Of a stretch of 64,000 nt of DNA, positions 31,581 to 43,395 are shown one piece after another. How positions within the stretch are numbered: the first letter of the stretch is position 1; each line of letters starts with the position of its first letter. The notes below the pieces were generated by a model that saw only the letters and a program-made list of their open reading frames with translations, did no database searches and was not told where the DNA came from. Source of the DNA: Nitrospirota bacterium. GTDB lineage: Bacteria; Nitrospirota; Nitrospiria; Nitrospirales; NS-4. The translations under genes and the position numbers were made by a program. Location of the stretch: positions 128,001 through 192,000 of the forward strand of contig CAWBGA010000001.1 in the NCBI GenBank assembly GCA_963788195.1, given 5' to 3'.

Positions 31581-33026
31581 TTAGACGTTGGTGGAGATGC
31601 TGCCGGAGGGGGCCTTGTTGAGAACCGCACAGGCGGCGCGCGCCAACTCTTTATCGGTATCATGATTCTGTGCGAAGACGCGAAACTGGATCAGTCTGGT
31701 AGGGAGTAGGTCCAAAAATTCCGCCAGAGGCTCGGTGGAGATCTCCTGTGTCGCCGGGTCAAAGACGTAGAGCGGCGAGCCCCGCATGTCTTTCGGGTCG
31801 GGCCGGGGATCCTGGGGTGCCATATCGACCTTGAAGGGTAGTTGCGCCAGGGATGCGGGCAGTTCCTTTTGGATCTGTTTTTCAAAATGTTCTCGGCTCG
31901 GAAAGTCCATCCCACGCGCCCGTTCTTTATCGCTGAGGACCGTGTTATAGGCCATTTTCCACTTGACGTTTCGGTTGAGAATGTGGGCCCACTCCTGGCC
32001 AAGCTTTCGTCGGTTGGCCTGCTGGGCCTTGCCCCAGCTCCTGACCTCTTCGAGAAGAGACCAATCGGTAAGCATCAGATATGCGTCCATCTTTTTACTC
32101 GGATCTTCAGGAAACACGAGCTTCATGGTTTCACCGAAGATTTCGCGCAGATGTATATCGATTGCCCGCGTTGTGCGGTGATAATAGACATTGGAATAGA
32201 GGTACATGCGGGTGTTCAGGAACATCTGGAGCGCCGGTAAGCCCGTCTTATGGATGGTAAAACCGTGTTCGCTGATCAGGGTGTAATAAATCAGGCGCGT
32301 GAGATCGACGGGTCCGACGGCGACTCCGCACATATAAGAGTCGCGTAACACGTAGTCTAGATTATCGCCGGTATAGCTTCCGGAAATCACCGGTTGCAGA
32401 AAAGTCAGCCAGCGCGGCATGCGCGAACTGTCCTTGCCCTTATCCTTGAGAATTAAGTGCGCGACCTGATCGGGGTCCAACTCCTCGCCGCTCTCAAACG
32501 GCCCCGACGGACTCCGGCGAATGCCGCGGATGGCTGGCGCGAGGTGCTCACGCACAATGATCTGCCCTAACTTTTCATGGGTGAGGTGAAACTGCTCGAG
32601 AAAGTTTTCGTCAAAGAAGTGGCAAAACGGGCCGTGGCCTATATCATGGACGAGCGCCGTGACGCGGAGCAGTTCTTCGATATAGTTGGCAGATGGAACG
32701 TCCTGTGCGGCTTTCTGCAAAAAGGGATACAGGTGGCGGGCAAACCGCCCGGCGACATGCATCGCTCCTAAAGAGTGCACGAAACGACTATGCTCCGCGG
32801 AGGGATAGACCCAGCGTGCGCTCTGCAACTGAAAAATGTAACGGAGGCGTTGCATCCACGCAGAGTCAATCAGATCTTTCTCCGTAGTTTCGACAGAACC
32901 GGCTATCTCGGCTCCCTCCGGGGACACGGAAAATGGCGCCGTGAACGTGATGTATTCATGAATGGGGTCGGCGATGAGCGCCAGGCCGTCGTAATGCAAT
33001 TTACTGAAGGCGAGTGGGATTTTCAC
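31581..33026 (-). CDS. HD-domain phosphohydrolase (SAMHD1/dNTPase-like)
   Basis: DPIH, QRLRYIFQL, HSRFVHSLG, HDIGHGPF.H, DNLDY..RD and VYYH. Confidence 0.88.
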   Translation of the reverse strand: MKIPLAFSKLHYDGLALIADPIHEYITFTAPFSVSPEGAEIAGSVETTEKDLIDSAWMQRLRYIFQLQSARWVYPSAEHSRFVHSLGAMHVAGRFARHLYPFLQKAAQDVPSANYIEELLRVTALVHDIGHGPFCHFFDENFLEQFHLTHEKLGQIIVREHLAPAIRGIRRSPSGPFESGEELDPDQVAHLILKDKGKDSSRMPRWLTFLQPVISGSYTGDNLDYVLRDSYMCGVAVGPVDLTRLIYYTLISEHGFTIHKTGLPALQMFLNTRMYLYSNVYYHRTTRAIDIHLREIFGETMKLVFPEDPSKKMDAYLMLTDWSLLEEVRSWGKAQQANRRKLGQEWAHILNRNVKWKMAYNTVLSDKERARGMDFPSREHFEKQIQKELPASLAQLPFKVDMAPQDPRPDPKDMRGSPLYVFDPATQEISTEPLAEFLDLLPTRLIQFRVFAQNHDTDKELARAACAVLNKAPSGSISTNV

Positions 33027-33069
33027 ACTTCTGAAATCCTAACACGCGAACCCGGCACGCGCAAGCACG

Positions 33070-33558
33070 CTACTTGCTCTCGTCTCGGAGAGAAGCGGCA
33101 AGAGCAGCGCTCAGCCGTCGCTGAGTTTCATGATATCGCCGCAGGCCGAACAAGACCAGCGGATACGCTATCAGCGAGCAGACAATTCCGAGCACCGTGG
33201 CCCCGACGACAAAGGGAAAGAAGTAGGGCTTGAATTGCTGCCAAAGAATGGGAATGTTGAAATAGTTCCAATCCAATGTGGGCGGGTCGCCGATCGGCAC
33301 GAGCGTGAGCCCCACCCACATGGTGCTTGCGAGGATCGGCACGACGGTCCACGGGTTGTTGATGAACGATCCGGCTAACATCGCGACGACATTGAGCCGA
33401 AACGCCCAGGCGCAGAGCAAGACGCTGAGGGTGTGCAGCCCATACGTCGGGGAGAAGGCGATAAAGACGCCGATTGCAAATGCCAGGGCCGTGCGGTGGG
33501 GAGAATCCCCAAGATGAAGAATCTGCCGTGCGGTCTTTTTGATTCGCGACCAGGTCAT
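33070..33558 (-). CDS. DUF2062 family membrane protein
   Basis: SPH..ALAFAIGVFI...P..G, RLN, NNPWT and a C-terminal TM. Confidence 0.85.
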   Translation of the reverse strand: MTWSRIKKTARQILHLGDSPHRTALAFAIGVFIAFSPTYGLHTLSVLLCAWAFRLNVVAMLAGSFINNPWTVVPILASTMWVGLTLVPIGDPPTLDWNYFNIPILWQQFKPYFFPFVVGATVLGIVCSLIAYPLVLFGLRRYHETQRRLSAALAASLRDESK

Positions 33559-34602
33559 GGCCGCCGGCCGTTCTTGGCGATCAGATGCTCATAGCCGTGA
33601 GCTTGGAGGGGACGGCACTTTCCATCGACGCGAGATGACCCGCAAGCCTTGCCGTGACGCTGTGATGCGCCCGATGGATGTCGCGCACAGTTGTCCACGC
33701 CGAATGACCCTTTCGACCTGCGCCACCTTTTCCATCGGCACCGTGAATAATAGCTCATAGTCTTCACCGCCGGTCACTGCGTATTGTAACGGGTCTTTCC
33801 GACGGGCGCGCGAATAGGCCAGAAGAGACTGTGACACCGGCAGCCGCCGAAGATCGACAACCGCACCGACTCTGCTCTCCGTGCAAAGTCGCCGTAGATC
33901 ACCAGCAAGACCATCAGAGAGGTCGATGGCTGCGTTCGCCATGCGAGCCGCTGCGAGTATTCGACTTTCAACTAACCGGGCCGTCGGCCGAATATGCCGT
34001 GTCACGAGCGTGTCACGATCACGATTCATGATCTTTGGGGCCGCGGTTGTTCGATCTTGTAAGATCTCCCGGCCTGCGTATGAGTCCCCCAGCGTTCCCG
34101 TCACGTATAGGGCGTCTCCCTTGCGTGCGCCGGAGCGTGTCAGCACGGAGGCCGGTTTGGCCTCTCCTAGAACGGTGAGGCAGACAAATAGGCCGGTGCG
34201 AGAAGCAGAGGTATCGCCTCCGATCACCATGGTCTTGGCTATGGTGCAGGCCTCCTGGATGCCGTAGTAGAGGTTTTTAGCGTCCCGCGCGGTGGCCTTC
34301 GGACCGAGCGCGACGGCGACAAGGGCATACCGCGGTGTGGCCCCCATGGCTGCCATATCGCTCAGGTTTGCAACCGCCGCACGATATCCCACCTGCCGGT
34401 AGGTCATGTAGGCTAAATCGAAGTGAATCCCCTCTGCCAGCAGATCGGTCGTGGCGAGAAGAAGATGGCCCGGCTGTACTTTGACAACGGCCGCATCATC
34501 ACCGATTCCGGCAATGATTGAGGAAGCCATGCCGGGAACCATCGGCGTCGTCTCTCTTAGATGCCGGATGAATTCGAACTCGGTGATGAAGTGAGGGGGC
34601 AT
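33555..34602 (-). CDS. thiL: Thiamine-monophosphate kinase, apparent frameshift near 33630
   Basis: EFEFI, GIGDDAA, NLSDMAAMG, GGDT, DLSDGL and GGEDYEL. The conserved GYEH tail is in the +1 frame (ORF 33555-33767). Confidence 0.93.
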
Positions 34603-34672
34603 GCCTACGCGGGTGATCGCCCGGCGCGCCCCGAATCTTTCGGTAGGTTCGACGCCTCCGGGGCGCGAAACA

Positions 34673-37138
34673 TCAACGCACGGTGCCGGCGATAGCCGCC
34701 ACGGGACGCCGCACTGGCGGTCGCTTCAACAGCTTGGCAGACTTTGAGACGCCGACGGCTTTGTCGGTGTTTTCCTTGGGCTCGCGGTTTCGCAGCGCCG
34801 CGCGCAGCACTTCCTCCATGGTATCCGCAAACACAAATGTCATCCCCTGCAAGAGATGTTTAGGAATGTCCGTCAAGTCTTTCCGATTCCGATCCGGCAT
34901 GATCACGGTATAGATGCCGACGCGCTTGGCTGCCAGGATCTTTTCCTTCAAGCCGCCGATCTGCAGCACTCGGCCACGCAACGTGACCTCCCCAGTCATT
35001 GCGATATCGTGGCGCAATGGCGTGTTCGTAAAGGCCGAGGCGAGGGCCGAGGCCATGGTAATGCCCGCCGACGGGCCGTCCTTTGGAATGGCGCCGGCGG
35101 GCACGTGAATATGAATGTCTTGCCGAGCGAAGGAGTCCGGGTTGATCTTCAACTGCGCCGCGCGCGATCGGATATAGCTGAGCGCGGCATGGGCCGATTC
35201 CTTCATGACATCCCCGAGGTGGCCGGTGAGGGTGAGGACCCCTTTGCCTTTCATGAGGGTCGCTTCGATATGGATGATGTCCCCACCGCATTCGGTCCAC
35301 GCGAGGCCCTTGGCGACGCCGATCAAATCCTTTTTTTCTTCTCCTTCATTCTCATGCTTTGGGACACCGAGGTATTTGGGGATGAGAGCAGGGGTGATGG
35401 CATAGGGTCCCTCCTTCCCCTCGGCAATCTTTTTCACGACCTTGCGCATGACATTCGCGATCTCGCGCTCGAGGTTCCGTACCCCCGCTTCACGGGTATA
35501 CTCGGCAATCACACGTTCGATCGCCGGATCGGTGAACTTGATATGCTTATCGCTGATTCCATGTTCCTCGAGTTGGCGGGGGATCAGGAATTTCCTGGCA
35601 ATCCCAAGCTTCTCCTCCTGCGAATAGCCGGGGATTTCGATGACCTCCATACGATCACGCAGCGCTGAGAGGATTGGATCTTTCAGATTCGCCGTCGTCA
35701 CAAACATCACATCCGACAAATCAAACGGCACGCCGAGGTAGTGATCGCTGAAAGCGCCGTTTTGCTCGGGATCGAGCACCTCCAGTAGCGCCGCTGAAGG
35801 ATCCCCGCGAAAATCGGCCCCGACCTTGTCGACCTCGTCCATCATAAACACCGGATTGTTGGACCCGGCCTGCTTGATCCCCTGGATGATGCGTCCGGGG
35901 AGCGCTCCGACATAGGTGCGGCGATGGCCGCGGATCTCCGCTTCATCACGGACGCCCCCCAAGGAAATGCGCACGAACTCCCGACCCAAAGCCCGGGCGA
36001 TCGATTTTCCCAGCGAGGTCTTTCCCACGCCAGGGGGGCCGACGAAACATAAGATGGGACCCTTCATTCGCTCCTTCATTTTGCGGACAGCCAAGTACTC
36101 CAGAATGCGCTCCTTCACCTTCTCCAAGTCATAATGGTCTTCGTCAAGAACCTTCGCGGCGCTCTTGATATCCAGCTTATCGGTGGTTTTTTTGCTCCAG
36201 GGCAATTCCACCATCCATTCTAAATATGTGCGGACAGTGGCGGCTTCAGCGGTATCCGGATGCATCTTCTCCAGGCGCTTGAGCTGCTTTTCTGTTTCTT
36301 TCAAGACCTTCTCCGGCATCTTCGCTTCGTTGATGCCTCGCCGAAATTCCGCCACCTCTTCAGCGCGCTCGTCAAGTTCGCCGAGCTCCTTTTGAATGGC
36401 CTTCAGCTGTTCGCGCAGGAAATACTCCCGTTGCGTCTTGTCCATCTCGCCCTTGGCCTCGGCCTGAATCTTCTGCTGCATCGAAAGCACTTCGATTTCT
36501 GCTGCGATGAGCTCGCTCACCCGGCGGAGACGCACCACCGGATCATGCAATTCCAGAATCTCCTGAGTGGCATCAACCTTCAGCCCCAGATTCGAGACCG
36601 CCATGTCGGCCAGCCGCCCCGGGTCCTGAAGATTTTCAATGACGACCATCACGTCGGGCATCAGGATTTTGCCGAGACTGACCAGGCGCTCCAGCTGCTC
36701 TTTGACCGTCCGCAGGAGCGCTTCACCCTCGAGAGAGCTCAGCGGTTTCCCTTCGGGCAGGGTTTGAAGGCGTACTTCAAAGTAAGGATTCGTCTGCACG
36801 AACTCAAGAATGCGGGCCTTCGCCAGTCCCTGGACCAGAATTTTGATCCGATCATCAGGGAGTTTCAGCATACGCATGACCATTCCTACCGTGCCGACGG
36901 TGTGAATGTCTTGCTGGGTGGGGCTTTCGACTTCCAGTGATCGCTGAGCTGCGAGCATAATGATGCGTTTACCCGCCAAGGCAGCTTCAATTGCCTTAAT
37001 CGACATGTCCCGGCCTACAAATAACGGCAGAACCATGTAGGGGAACATTACGATATCCCGAATGGGGAGCAGCGGGAGCCGTTCGGGAATTTCCACCTGA
37101 GACGGCTCAAGTGGCGCCTGTGGTGTCGGATCGGTCAT
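34673..37138 (-). CDS. lon: ATP-dependent protease La
   Basis: LON N-domain, [26 protein letters not shown] and IGGLKEK. Confidence 0.98.
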   Translation of the reverse strand: MTDPTPQAPLEPSQVEIPERLPLLPIRDIVMFPYMVLPLFVGRDMSIKAIEAALAGKRIIMLAAQRSLEVESPTQQDIHTVGTVGMVMRMLKLPDDRIKILVQGLAKARILEFVQTNPYFEVRLQTLPEGKPLSSLEGEALLRTVKEQLERLVSLGKILMPDVMVVIENLQDPGRLADMAVSNLGLKVDATQEILELHDPVVRLRRVSELIAAEIEVLSMQQKIQAEAKGEMDKTQREYFLREQLKAIQKELGELDERAEEVAEFRRGINEAKMPEKVLKETEKQLKRLEKMHPDTAEAATVRTYLEWMVELPWSKKTTDKLDIKSAAKVLDEDHYDLEKVKERILEYLAVRKMKERMKGPILCFVGPPGVGKTSLGKSIARALGREFVRISLGGVRDEAEIRGHRRTYVGALPGRIIQGIKQAGSNNPVFMMDEVDKVGADFRGDPSAALLEVLDPEQNGAFSDHYLGVPFDLSDVMFVTTANLKDPILSALRDRMEVIEIPGYSQEEKLGIARKFLIPRQLEEHGISDKHIKFTDPAIERVIAEYTREAGVRNLEREIANVMRKVVKKIAEGKEGPYAITPALIPKYLGVPKHENEGEEKKDLIGVAKGLAWTECGGDIIHIEATLMKGKGVLTLTGHLGDVMKESAHAALSYIRSRAAQLKINPDSFARQDIHIHVPAGAIPKDGPSAGITMASALASAFTNTPLRHDIAMTGEVTLRGRVLQIGGLKEKILAAKRVGIYTVIMPDRNRKDLTDIPKHLLQGMTFVFADTMEEVLRAALRNREPKENTDKAVGVSKSAKLLKRPPVRRPVAAIAGTVR

Positions 37139-37151
37139 GGGGGCTCTTTCG

Positions 37152-38024
37152 TTAGAGGCTCAATTGCTTCAGATACTGAGCGAATCGCTCTCCGAATTCC
37201 GGGTTCTTCAAGCCGAACTGCACGGTGGCCTTCAAGAAACCGTACTTATCCCCGGCGTCAAAGCGGTCTCCCTTAATCATACACGCATACATGGGCGTCT
37301 GTTTAGCAACCATTCGGAGAGCGTCAGTCAACTGGACCTCTTGGTTCTTCCCCGGGGGGGTCTTTTCAAGAGCGGGAAAGATGTCCGGAGTGAGGACGTA
37401 GCGGCCGATCACCGCCAACCGGGAAGGGGCCTCGGCGGGTCGTGGCTTCTCAATCAGATCGACGATTTGAAAGACGCCATCCTCAATGGGTTTTGAAGCG
37501 ATGATTCCGTAACTCGAGACCTCATGTGGTTCGACTTCTTGCACCCCGATAATGGGGGCCTGAAACCGCTCGTACAGCTCAATCAACTGTGAAATCGCCG
37601 GCACGTCGGAGGTTATGATTTCATCCCCTAACATCACTGCAAATGGCTCGGGGCCGATCAAATGCCGGGCGCATAGAATTGCGTCGCCGAGGCCGCGCAT
37701 ATGTCGTTGGCGAACATAACAAAAATTAGCCAGTTCCGAGATTTGCCTGATTTCCTGTAACAAGGCTGTCTTGTTCGCCTGCTTCAACATGTCTTCCAGT
37801 TCATAGGAAACATCAAAGTGGTCTTCAATGGCGCGTTTCCCGCGTCCGGTGACCACAATGACATTGCGAATCTCAGCGGCCGCGAGCTCTTCCACGATGT
37901 ACTGGATAAGAGGCTTGTCCACCAGGGGCAGCATTTCTTTCGGACAAGCCTTGGTGGCGGGTAAAAAGCGAGTCCCATGCCCTGCGGCCGGGATTACCGC
38001 CTTCGTAACGCTCAACGACGACAT
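37152..38024 (-). CDS. galU: UTP-glucose-1-phosphate uridylyltransferase
   Basis: KAVIPAAG.GTRFLPATKA.PKEMLP, IEKP and EVQLTDA. Confidence 0.96.
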   Translation of the reverse strand: MSSLSVTKAVIPAAGHGTRFLPATKACPKEMLPLVDKPLIQYIVEELAAAEIRNVIVVTGRGKRAIEDHFDVSYELEDMLKQANKTALLQEIRQISELANFCYVRQRHMRGLGDAILCARHLIGPEPFAVMLGDEIITSDVPAISQLIELYERFQAPIIGVQEVEPHEVSSYGIIASKPIEDGVFQIVDLIEKPRPAEAPSRLAVIGRYVLTPDIFPALEKTPPGKNQEVQLTDALRMVAKQTPMYACMIKGDRFDAGDKYGFLKATVQFGLKNPEFGERFAQYLKQLSL

Positions 38025-38209
38025 GGTCTAGAGAATATGACGGAGCTGCCCCTTCAAAGTCAAGGTAACCGCGACGCGGATCCGTGCCTTTTTCGCTTTA
38101 CTTCCTAGGGGTCGATCTGTACAATTTCTCCATTTTTACGGCCTCTTTTGTGAAGCTTTCGGATCTGCGCCGGAGGCGGAAATGCAGTGGGTTAGGGGAG
38201 CAGGAACGG

Positions 38210-40586
38210 TTGGTGCATTTTCCGACCCCAGCAACTCCCGCGCGAGGCACACGCAGTGTTTTTCTCCCAAAGTTTTGCGTAATTATACTTGCTTTGTCCG
38301 TCAGCCTTTTGGAGGCCGCGGCGCCGGCCCATGTATGGGCTGAAGAGCCCGCGCCGCTGATTACATCCATTCGAATTCAAGGCAATAAGCGCATAGAAAC
38401 TCCGGCGATCCGGGGCCGCATTTCCTTAAAGGAAGGAAGTAGGTTTTCGGCGGAAACGATTCGCGACCAAATCCGCTCGGTCTACCAGATGGGTTTCTTC
38501 GAAGATGTCCGCGTCGAGACAGAAACAGTCCCCGGAGGCGTCGCCGTGGTGTTTGTCGTAGCCGAGAAACCGTTCATTACAAGTATTCTGTTCGACGGGA
38601 ATGAGAACCTGAAAGATGAAAAGCTCAAAGAGAAACTGACCGTCCGCAACCAGTCATTTTTGGATCAACAACAGGTCAAGGACAGCGTTGAGAAACTGCG
38701 AGCGCTGTATGAAGAGGAGGGTTATTACAGCGCGCGTATCATCCCCGTGATCAAGACTCTGGACACCGACAAAAAAACGCTGACCTTTTTCATTCAGGAA
38801 GGCCCTCGAGCACGCATCAAGACCGTCGGGTTCGACGGCGCCAAATCGATTCCGGTCAAGAAATTGGCAAAACCGTTGTTCACCCGGAAGTACAGGTTTC
38901 TCTTTTCCTGGTTCGACGACTCCGGGATCTATAAGAAAGAAGAGCTTTCCAACGACGTTGAGCGAATCAGGCTGGTCTACCTCGACGAAGGCTACTTGAA
39001 TGCGCAGGTGGGCGCACCCACCGTTGAACTGAGCCCTGATAAGAAGTGGTTCACGATCCGGTTTCCAATCGTGGAAGGCCCGCAGTTCACACTCGACAAG
39101 ACTGACTATAAAGGACACACTTTATTCCCCGAGGCCGAACTGAGAGCCGAGAGCAAGCTGCGCGCGGGATCCATCATTCGTATGGCAGAGGTCCGTGATG
39201 AGGTGACGCGTATCACCGATCTCTATGGCGTCAAGGGGTACGCCTTTGCCGAAGTGAACCCTGATGTCCGTCCCGATCAAGAGACGAAGACCGCGGCCGT
39301 CATCTTTGACATCAAAGAAGGGGCGCTCATTCGCGTGAGAAACATCAACATCTCCGGAAACGACAAGACGCGCGACAAAGTCATCCGCCGAGAGTTGCGT
39401 CTCAATGAAGCCGAGCTTATTGATACCAGCGCGCTTAAACGCAGCTTTCAACGCTTGAACAATCTCAACTATTTCGAGACCGTGGAGATCATTCCGAAGC
39501 AGCTCGATCCCAATACCGTCGATCTCGATGTCAAGGTGAAGGAGAAGTCCACGGGCACGTTCAGCATTGGTGGCGGGTTCAGCTCGCTGGATCAACTCTC
39601 CGTGGTCGCAGACATCACCGAAGGCAATCTCTTCGGCCGCGGACAGTTGTTAAAGATCCGTGGGCAACTCGGACAACGTCGTTCATTGGGCGTGGTCACG
39701 TTCCGCGAGCCGTATCTGTTTGATCGGCCGTACTCGGGACAGATCGACCTCTACGCGAGAGAGACGTTTTTTGTCAGTTATTTTGAAAAGCGCGTCGGCG
39801 GTGACGTGGTCCTCGGTAAATGGTTTTCAGAATACCTAAGCGGCAGTGTCAGTCTGCTCCGTGAGGAATTGACGATCTCCAACTCCTCAGAGAACAACCT
39901 CTTTCTCGGGGGAGGCGGCACAGACACCACCCCGGTCACCGACCTGCCGATTCTTGTCCAACAGCAGCTCGGCACCTCGACGACTGATGCCATAGTCCTG
40001 GGCTTGGCGCGGGACACGCGGGACTTTCATTTTGATCCCAAGAGCGGTGCACGGCATGGGATCACCGCAGAATTCGCGGGGAGCTTCTTGGGCGGAGACA
40101 ACTACTTTTACAAGCTCATTGGCGACAGCGCGTGGTACTTCCCCATGTTTGGAGATACGGTGTTGGCGCCACGCGCGAGAGTTGGCGTGGCCAAAAGCTA
40201 TCGCGCCAATGATCCCCTGCCGGTAGGCGAACGGTTTTTTGTCGGTGGGATTCAGACGGTTCGCGGCTTCAGCTTTGGTAAAGCCGGTCCGGTCGATGCC
40301 AGCACCCAAGACATTCTCGGCGCGCAGAAACAGCTCATCTTTAACCTCGACTTTTATGTTCCCGCTGGTGCCGGAGGTCAAGGTCAAAGGCGTGGTGTTC
40401 TTTGACTACGGGAAGGGATTCGACGACGGAGAGCCGCTCAGCCTGAACCTGCGTCCGGCGGCCGGCGCAGGAATTCGCTGGATCTCTCCCTTCGGCCCAT
40501 TGCGATTGGAATACGGCATCAATCTCGATCGAAAGACCAACGAGCGCTCCGGGCTGTTTGAGTTTTCAGTCGGCTCGCTCTTCTAA
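38210..40586 (+). CDS. bamA: Outer membrane protein assembly factor BamA, apparent frameshift near 40353
   Basis: POTRA repeats, GN.KTRDKVIRRE and VRGF. The C-terminal W.SPFGPLR...FEFSVGSLF lies in the +1 frame. Start uncertain (38084-38213). Confidence 0.93.
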
Positions 40587-40623
40587 AGGGTCGGTGAGGT
40601 TTTCTAGGGAAAGGGGCAGAAGC

Positions 40624-41160
40624 ATGAAGAATCTGTGCAGAATGGCGGTTATTGCCGCTATACTAGTATTGGCATGGAGCGGAGCGCTGTCCGCAGCGGA
40701 GCTCAAGATCGGGGTGCTCGAACCCCAAAAGGTTTTGGACGGCACAAAGAGCGGAAAAAAAATCAAGGATTCTCTGCAGGAATATCTGAAGAGCCGGCAA
40801 AGAATCATCGATCTGGAAGAAGAAGAACTGAAGAAGATGGAAGAAGATTTGGTCAAGCAAAGCGCGGTGCTGAGCCCGGAAGCGAAGAAAGACAAAGAGG
40901 AGACTTTTCGCAAGCGCTATATGGAATATCAGCGCAAGGTCAACCAGCTCACCCAGGAGGTTCAGAGCAAGAAAAAAGAAGTGCTCGAGGAGTTCAACAA
41001 GAGCCTGGAGCACATCGTCAAAGGGATCGCAGACAAAGACAGGCTCACCCTTGTCGTAGAAAAAGGCGACAATGGCGCGGGGGCTCTTGTCGTCTATAGC
41101 CATCCGTCCCTCGATATTACCGACCGCGTCATTAAAGAGCTCGACAAGGGGGCGAGGTGA
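40624..41160 (+). CDS. skp: OmpH/Skp periplasmic chaperone
   Basis: Signal peptide, LKIGV, coiled coil and DITD.VI. Follows bamA. Confidence 0.9.
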   Translation: MKNLCRMAVIAAILVLAWSGALSAAELKIGVLEPQKVLDGTKSGKKIKDSLQEYLKSRQRIIDLEEEELKKMEEDLVKQSAVLSPEAKKDKEETFRKRYMEYQRKVNQLTQEVQSKKKEVLEEFNKSLEHIVKGIADKDRLTLVVEKGDNGAGALVVYSHPSLDITDRVIKELDKGAR

Positions 41161-41648
41161 GCCAGGAAACTACCCAAGGCACGCGCATGGATAACATGGA
41201 GATCCAGTCGATTCTGCCGCACCGGTACCCGTTCTTACTGGTCGACAGAGTCGAAGATTTGGAGGTCGGAAAGCGCGTGGTCGGGCTGAAGAGCGTCACG
41301 ATCAATGAGCCCTTCTTCCAGGGGCACTTCCCTGGGCGGCCGATTATGCCCGGCGTCCTCATTATCGAAGCCATGGCGCAGGTAGGAGGGATTCTCGCGT
41401 TTAAGTCCGCGAAGCCTCCCAAGGAAGGCACCACGAATCTCGTCTATTTCATGGGCATCGACAAAGCCAAGTTTCGAAAGCCGGTTGAGCCCGGCGACCA
41501 GCTCCGCTTTGTGGTCGAAGTGTTGCGGGCGCGCTATCCGTACTGGAAGATGCGTGGCGAGGCCTATGTCGATAAGGCGCTCGTGTGCGAAGCCGAATTG
41601 ATGGCCATGATTACCGACGGGACTTCCATGCCAGAGGGCGAACCATGA
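41157..41648 (+). CDS. fabZ: 3-hydroxyacyl-ACP dehydratase
   Basis: LPHRYPFLLVD and FQGHFP..PIMPGVLIIEAMAQ. Confidence 0.97.
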   Translation: MSQETTQGTRMDNMEIQSILPHRYPFLLVDRVEDLEVGKRVVGLKSVTINEPFFQGHFPGRPIMPGVLIIEAMAQVGGILAFKSAKPPKEGTTNLVYFMGIDKAKFRKPVEPGDQLRFVVEVLRARYPYWKMRGEAYVDKALVCEAELMAMITDGTSMPEGEP

Positions 41649-42451
41649 CCACCAAATTGCATCCCACGGCTGTGATACATGGGAAGGCCGAACTTGCCGA
41701 CGGGGTCACCGTCGGGCCCTACAGCATCATTGGTGAGCATGTTCGGATCGGACGCCGGACCCGCATCGAAGGGCACGTCGTCATTGAAGGTTGGACGGAG
41801 ATCGGGGAGGACTGTCAGGTCCATTCGTTTGTCTCGATCGGCGCCCCGCCCCAACATCTCCAGTATAAAGGCGAAAAAACGTTTGTGCGCATCGGCAATA
41901 ATAATATTCTTCGAGAATACGTCACTGTCAACCGGGGAACCACCTTCGGCGGTGGCGTCACGAGTCTGGAGCATCACAATGTATTGATGGCCTACGTGCA
42001 TATCGCTCACGATTGCCACCTGGGCAGCCACGTGGTGATGGCCAACGCGGCTTCCCTGGCGGGACACATCACGATTGGTGATCACGCCATCGTGGGCGGG
42101 CTTTCGGGCGTTCATCAGTACGTGCGGCTCGGAGCATACAGCATGGTGGGCGGATGCTCCGCGTTGGGGCAGGATGTGCCGCCGTTCATGCGGGCAGCCG
42201 GCGGCTATCGCGCGCGCCTGTTCGGTGTGAACACCATAGGGCTCAAACGCCTCGGGGTCTCCGATGACCGCATCCGTTTATTGAAGCGGGTGTATCGCGC
42301 CTTATTTCGATCGGACCTCCGCTTTGCCGACGCTGTCAAGCAGGTACGTGATGAATTTGATGATTCCCGTGATGTCCGCGAGCTCCTGGCGTTTATTGAC
42401 GGAACCAAGCGCGGCATCTGCAAGGGAATGGATGAGCGCGAGGGTGAGTGA
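41645..42451 (+). CDS. lpxA: UDP-N-acetylglucosamine acyltransferase
   Basis: Hexapeptide repeats, IG.PPQ, REYVTVNRGT, HIAHDC, VHQY and QDVPP. Confidence 0.96.
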   Translation: MTTKLHPTAVIHGKAELADGVTVGPYSIIGEHVRIGRRTRIEGHVVIEGWTEIGEDCQVHSFVSIGAPPQHLQYKGEKTFVRIGNNNILREYVTVNRGTTFGGGVTSLEHHNVLMAYVHIAHDCHLGSHVVMANAASLAGHITIGDHAIVGGLSGVHQYVRLGAYSMVGGCSALGQDVPPFMRAAGGYRARLFGVNTIGLKRLGVSDDRIRLLKRVYRALFRSDLRFADAVKQVRDEFDDSRDVRELLAFIDGTKRGICKGMDEREGE

Positions 42452-43395
42452 CTGGCGTGCCGCCGGTAGGGCCGTTGCAAGCCGGGCCGCCGGCGACTAG
42501 CGGGCCGATAACGGCGGGGGAATGGATCGGCCTGATCGCCGGAAACGGGAGCTTTCCCGCGCTGTTTGCGGACAATGTGCGCCGGTTGGGCTACCGCGTG
42601 TCCGCCGTGGCATTGACCGGCGAAACCGAAGCGGCGTTGGAAGGACACGTCGACCGGATTCATTGGATTTCCCTGGGCCAGCTCGGGAAGTTGATCAAAG
42701 CCTTCAAGCAGGACGGCGTACACCAGGCCGTCATGCTCGGCGGCGTCAGTAAGACGCATCTGTTCACCAAGGTGCGCTTCGACTTTCGTGCCCTCGCCCT
42801 CGCTCGCCGGCTCGACGTCCGAAAGGACGACGTCATCTTGCGTGCTCTCGCTGCCGAATTGGAAGGGGAAGGCATTAGCATCCGGGAGCCGATGTTCGGG
42901 TTGAAGGGGTTAACGATGGAAGAAGGGACCGCTGTCTCGGCGCGTACCGACCAAGAGCGAGTGGCGCGACATCCAGTTTGGCTGGGAGATGGCCGAGGCA
43001 GTCGGCCACTTGGATATCGGCCAGTGCATCGTGGTGAAGGACGGTGTCGTCGTGGCCGTGGAAGCCGTGGAGGGTACTGATCAGGCCATTCTACGCGGAG
43101 GCGCTCTGGCTCGGGGAGGGCGCGGTCGTCGTGAAGCGATTCAAACTCCAACAGGACTCCCGGTTTGATCTGCCTTCCATCGGACCTGGGACAATTGAGG
43201 TCATGGCGCAATGCGGCGCCTCGGTGTTGGCGGTTGAAGCCGGAAAAGCCCTGTTTTTGGACAGGGCCGCAAGCCCTTGCCGCGGCGGACAAGGCCGGGA
43301 TTGCGGTTGTCGGGGTGACAGTCCTCCAGCATAAAAGCTTAGCTGGTACAGTAAACCTTGGGGATACTCATGCACCAAGTGCGGATAGGAGTTGA
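42448..43395 (+). CDS. lpxI: UDP-2,3-diacylglucosamine hydrolase LpxI, at least three apparent frameshifts (~42930, ~43113, ~43271)
   Basis: GLIAGNG.FP, then LDIGQ...AVEAVEGTD (+1 frame), then KLQQD.RFDLP.IG (+2 frame), then AADKAGIAV. Exact end uncertain (43342-43395). Confidence 0.85.

Noticed and set aside
34625..34667. Inverted repeat CGCGCCCCG…CGGGGCGCG between lon and thiL
   Set aside because: Single hairpin with a long loop and no U-tract, so function cannot be assigned.
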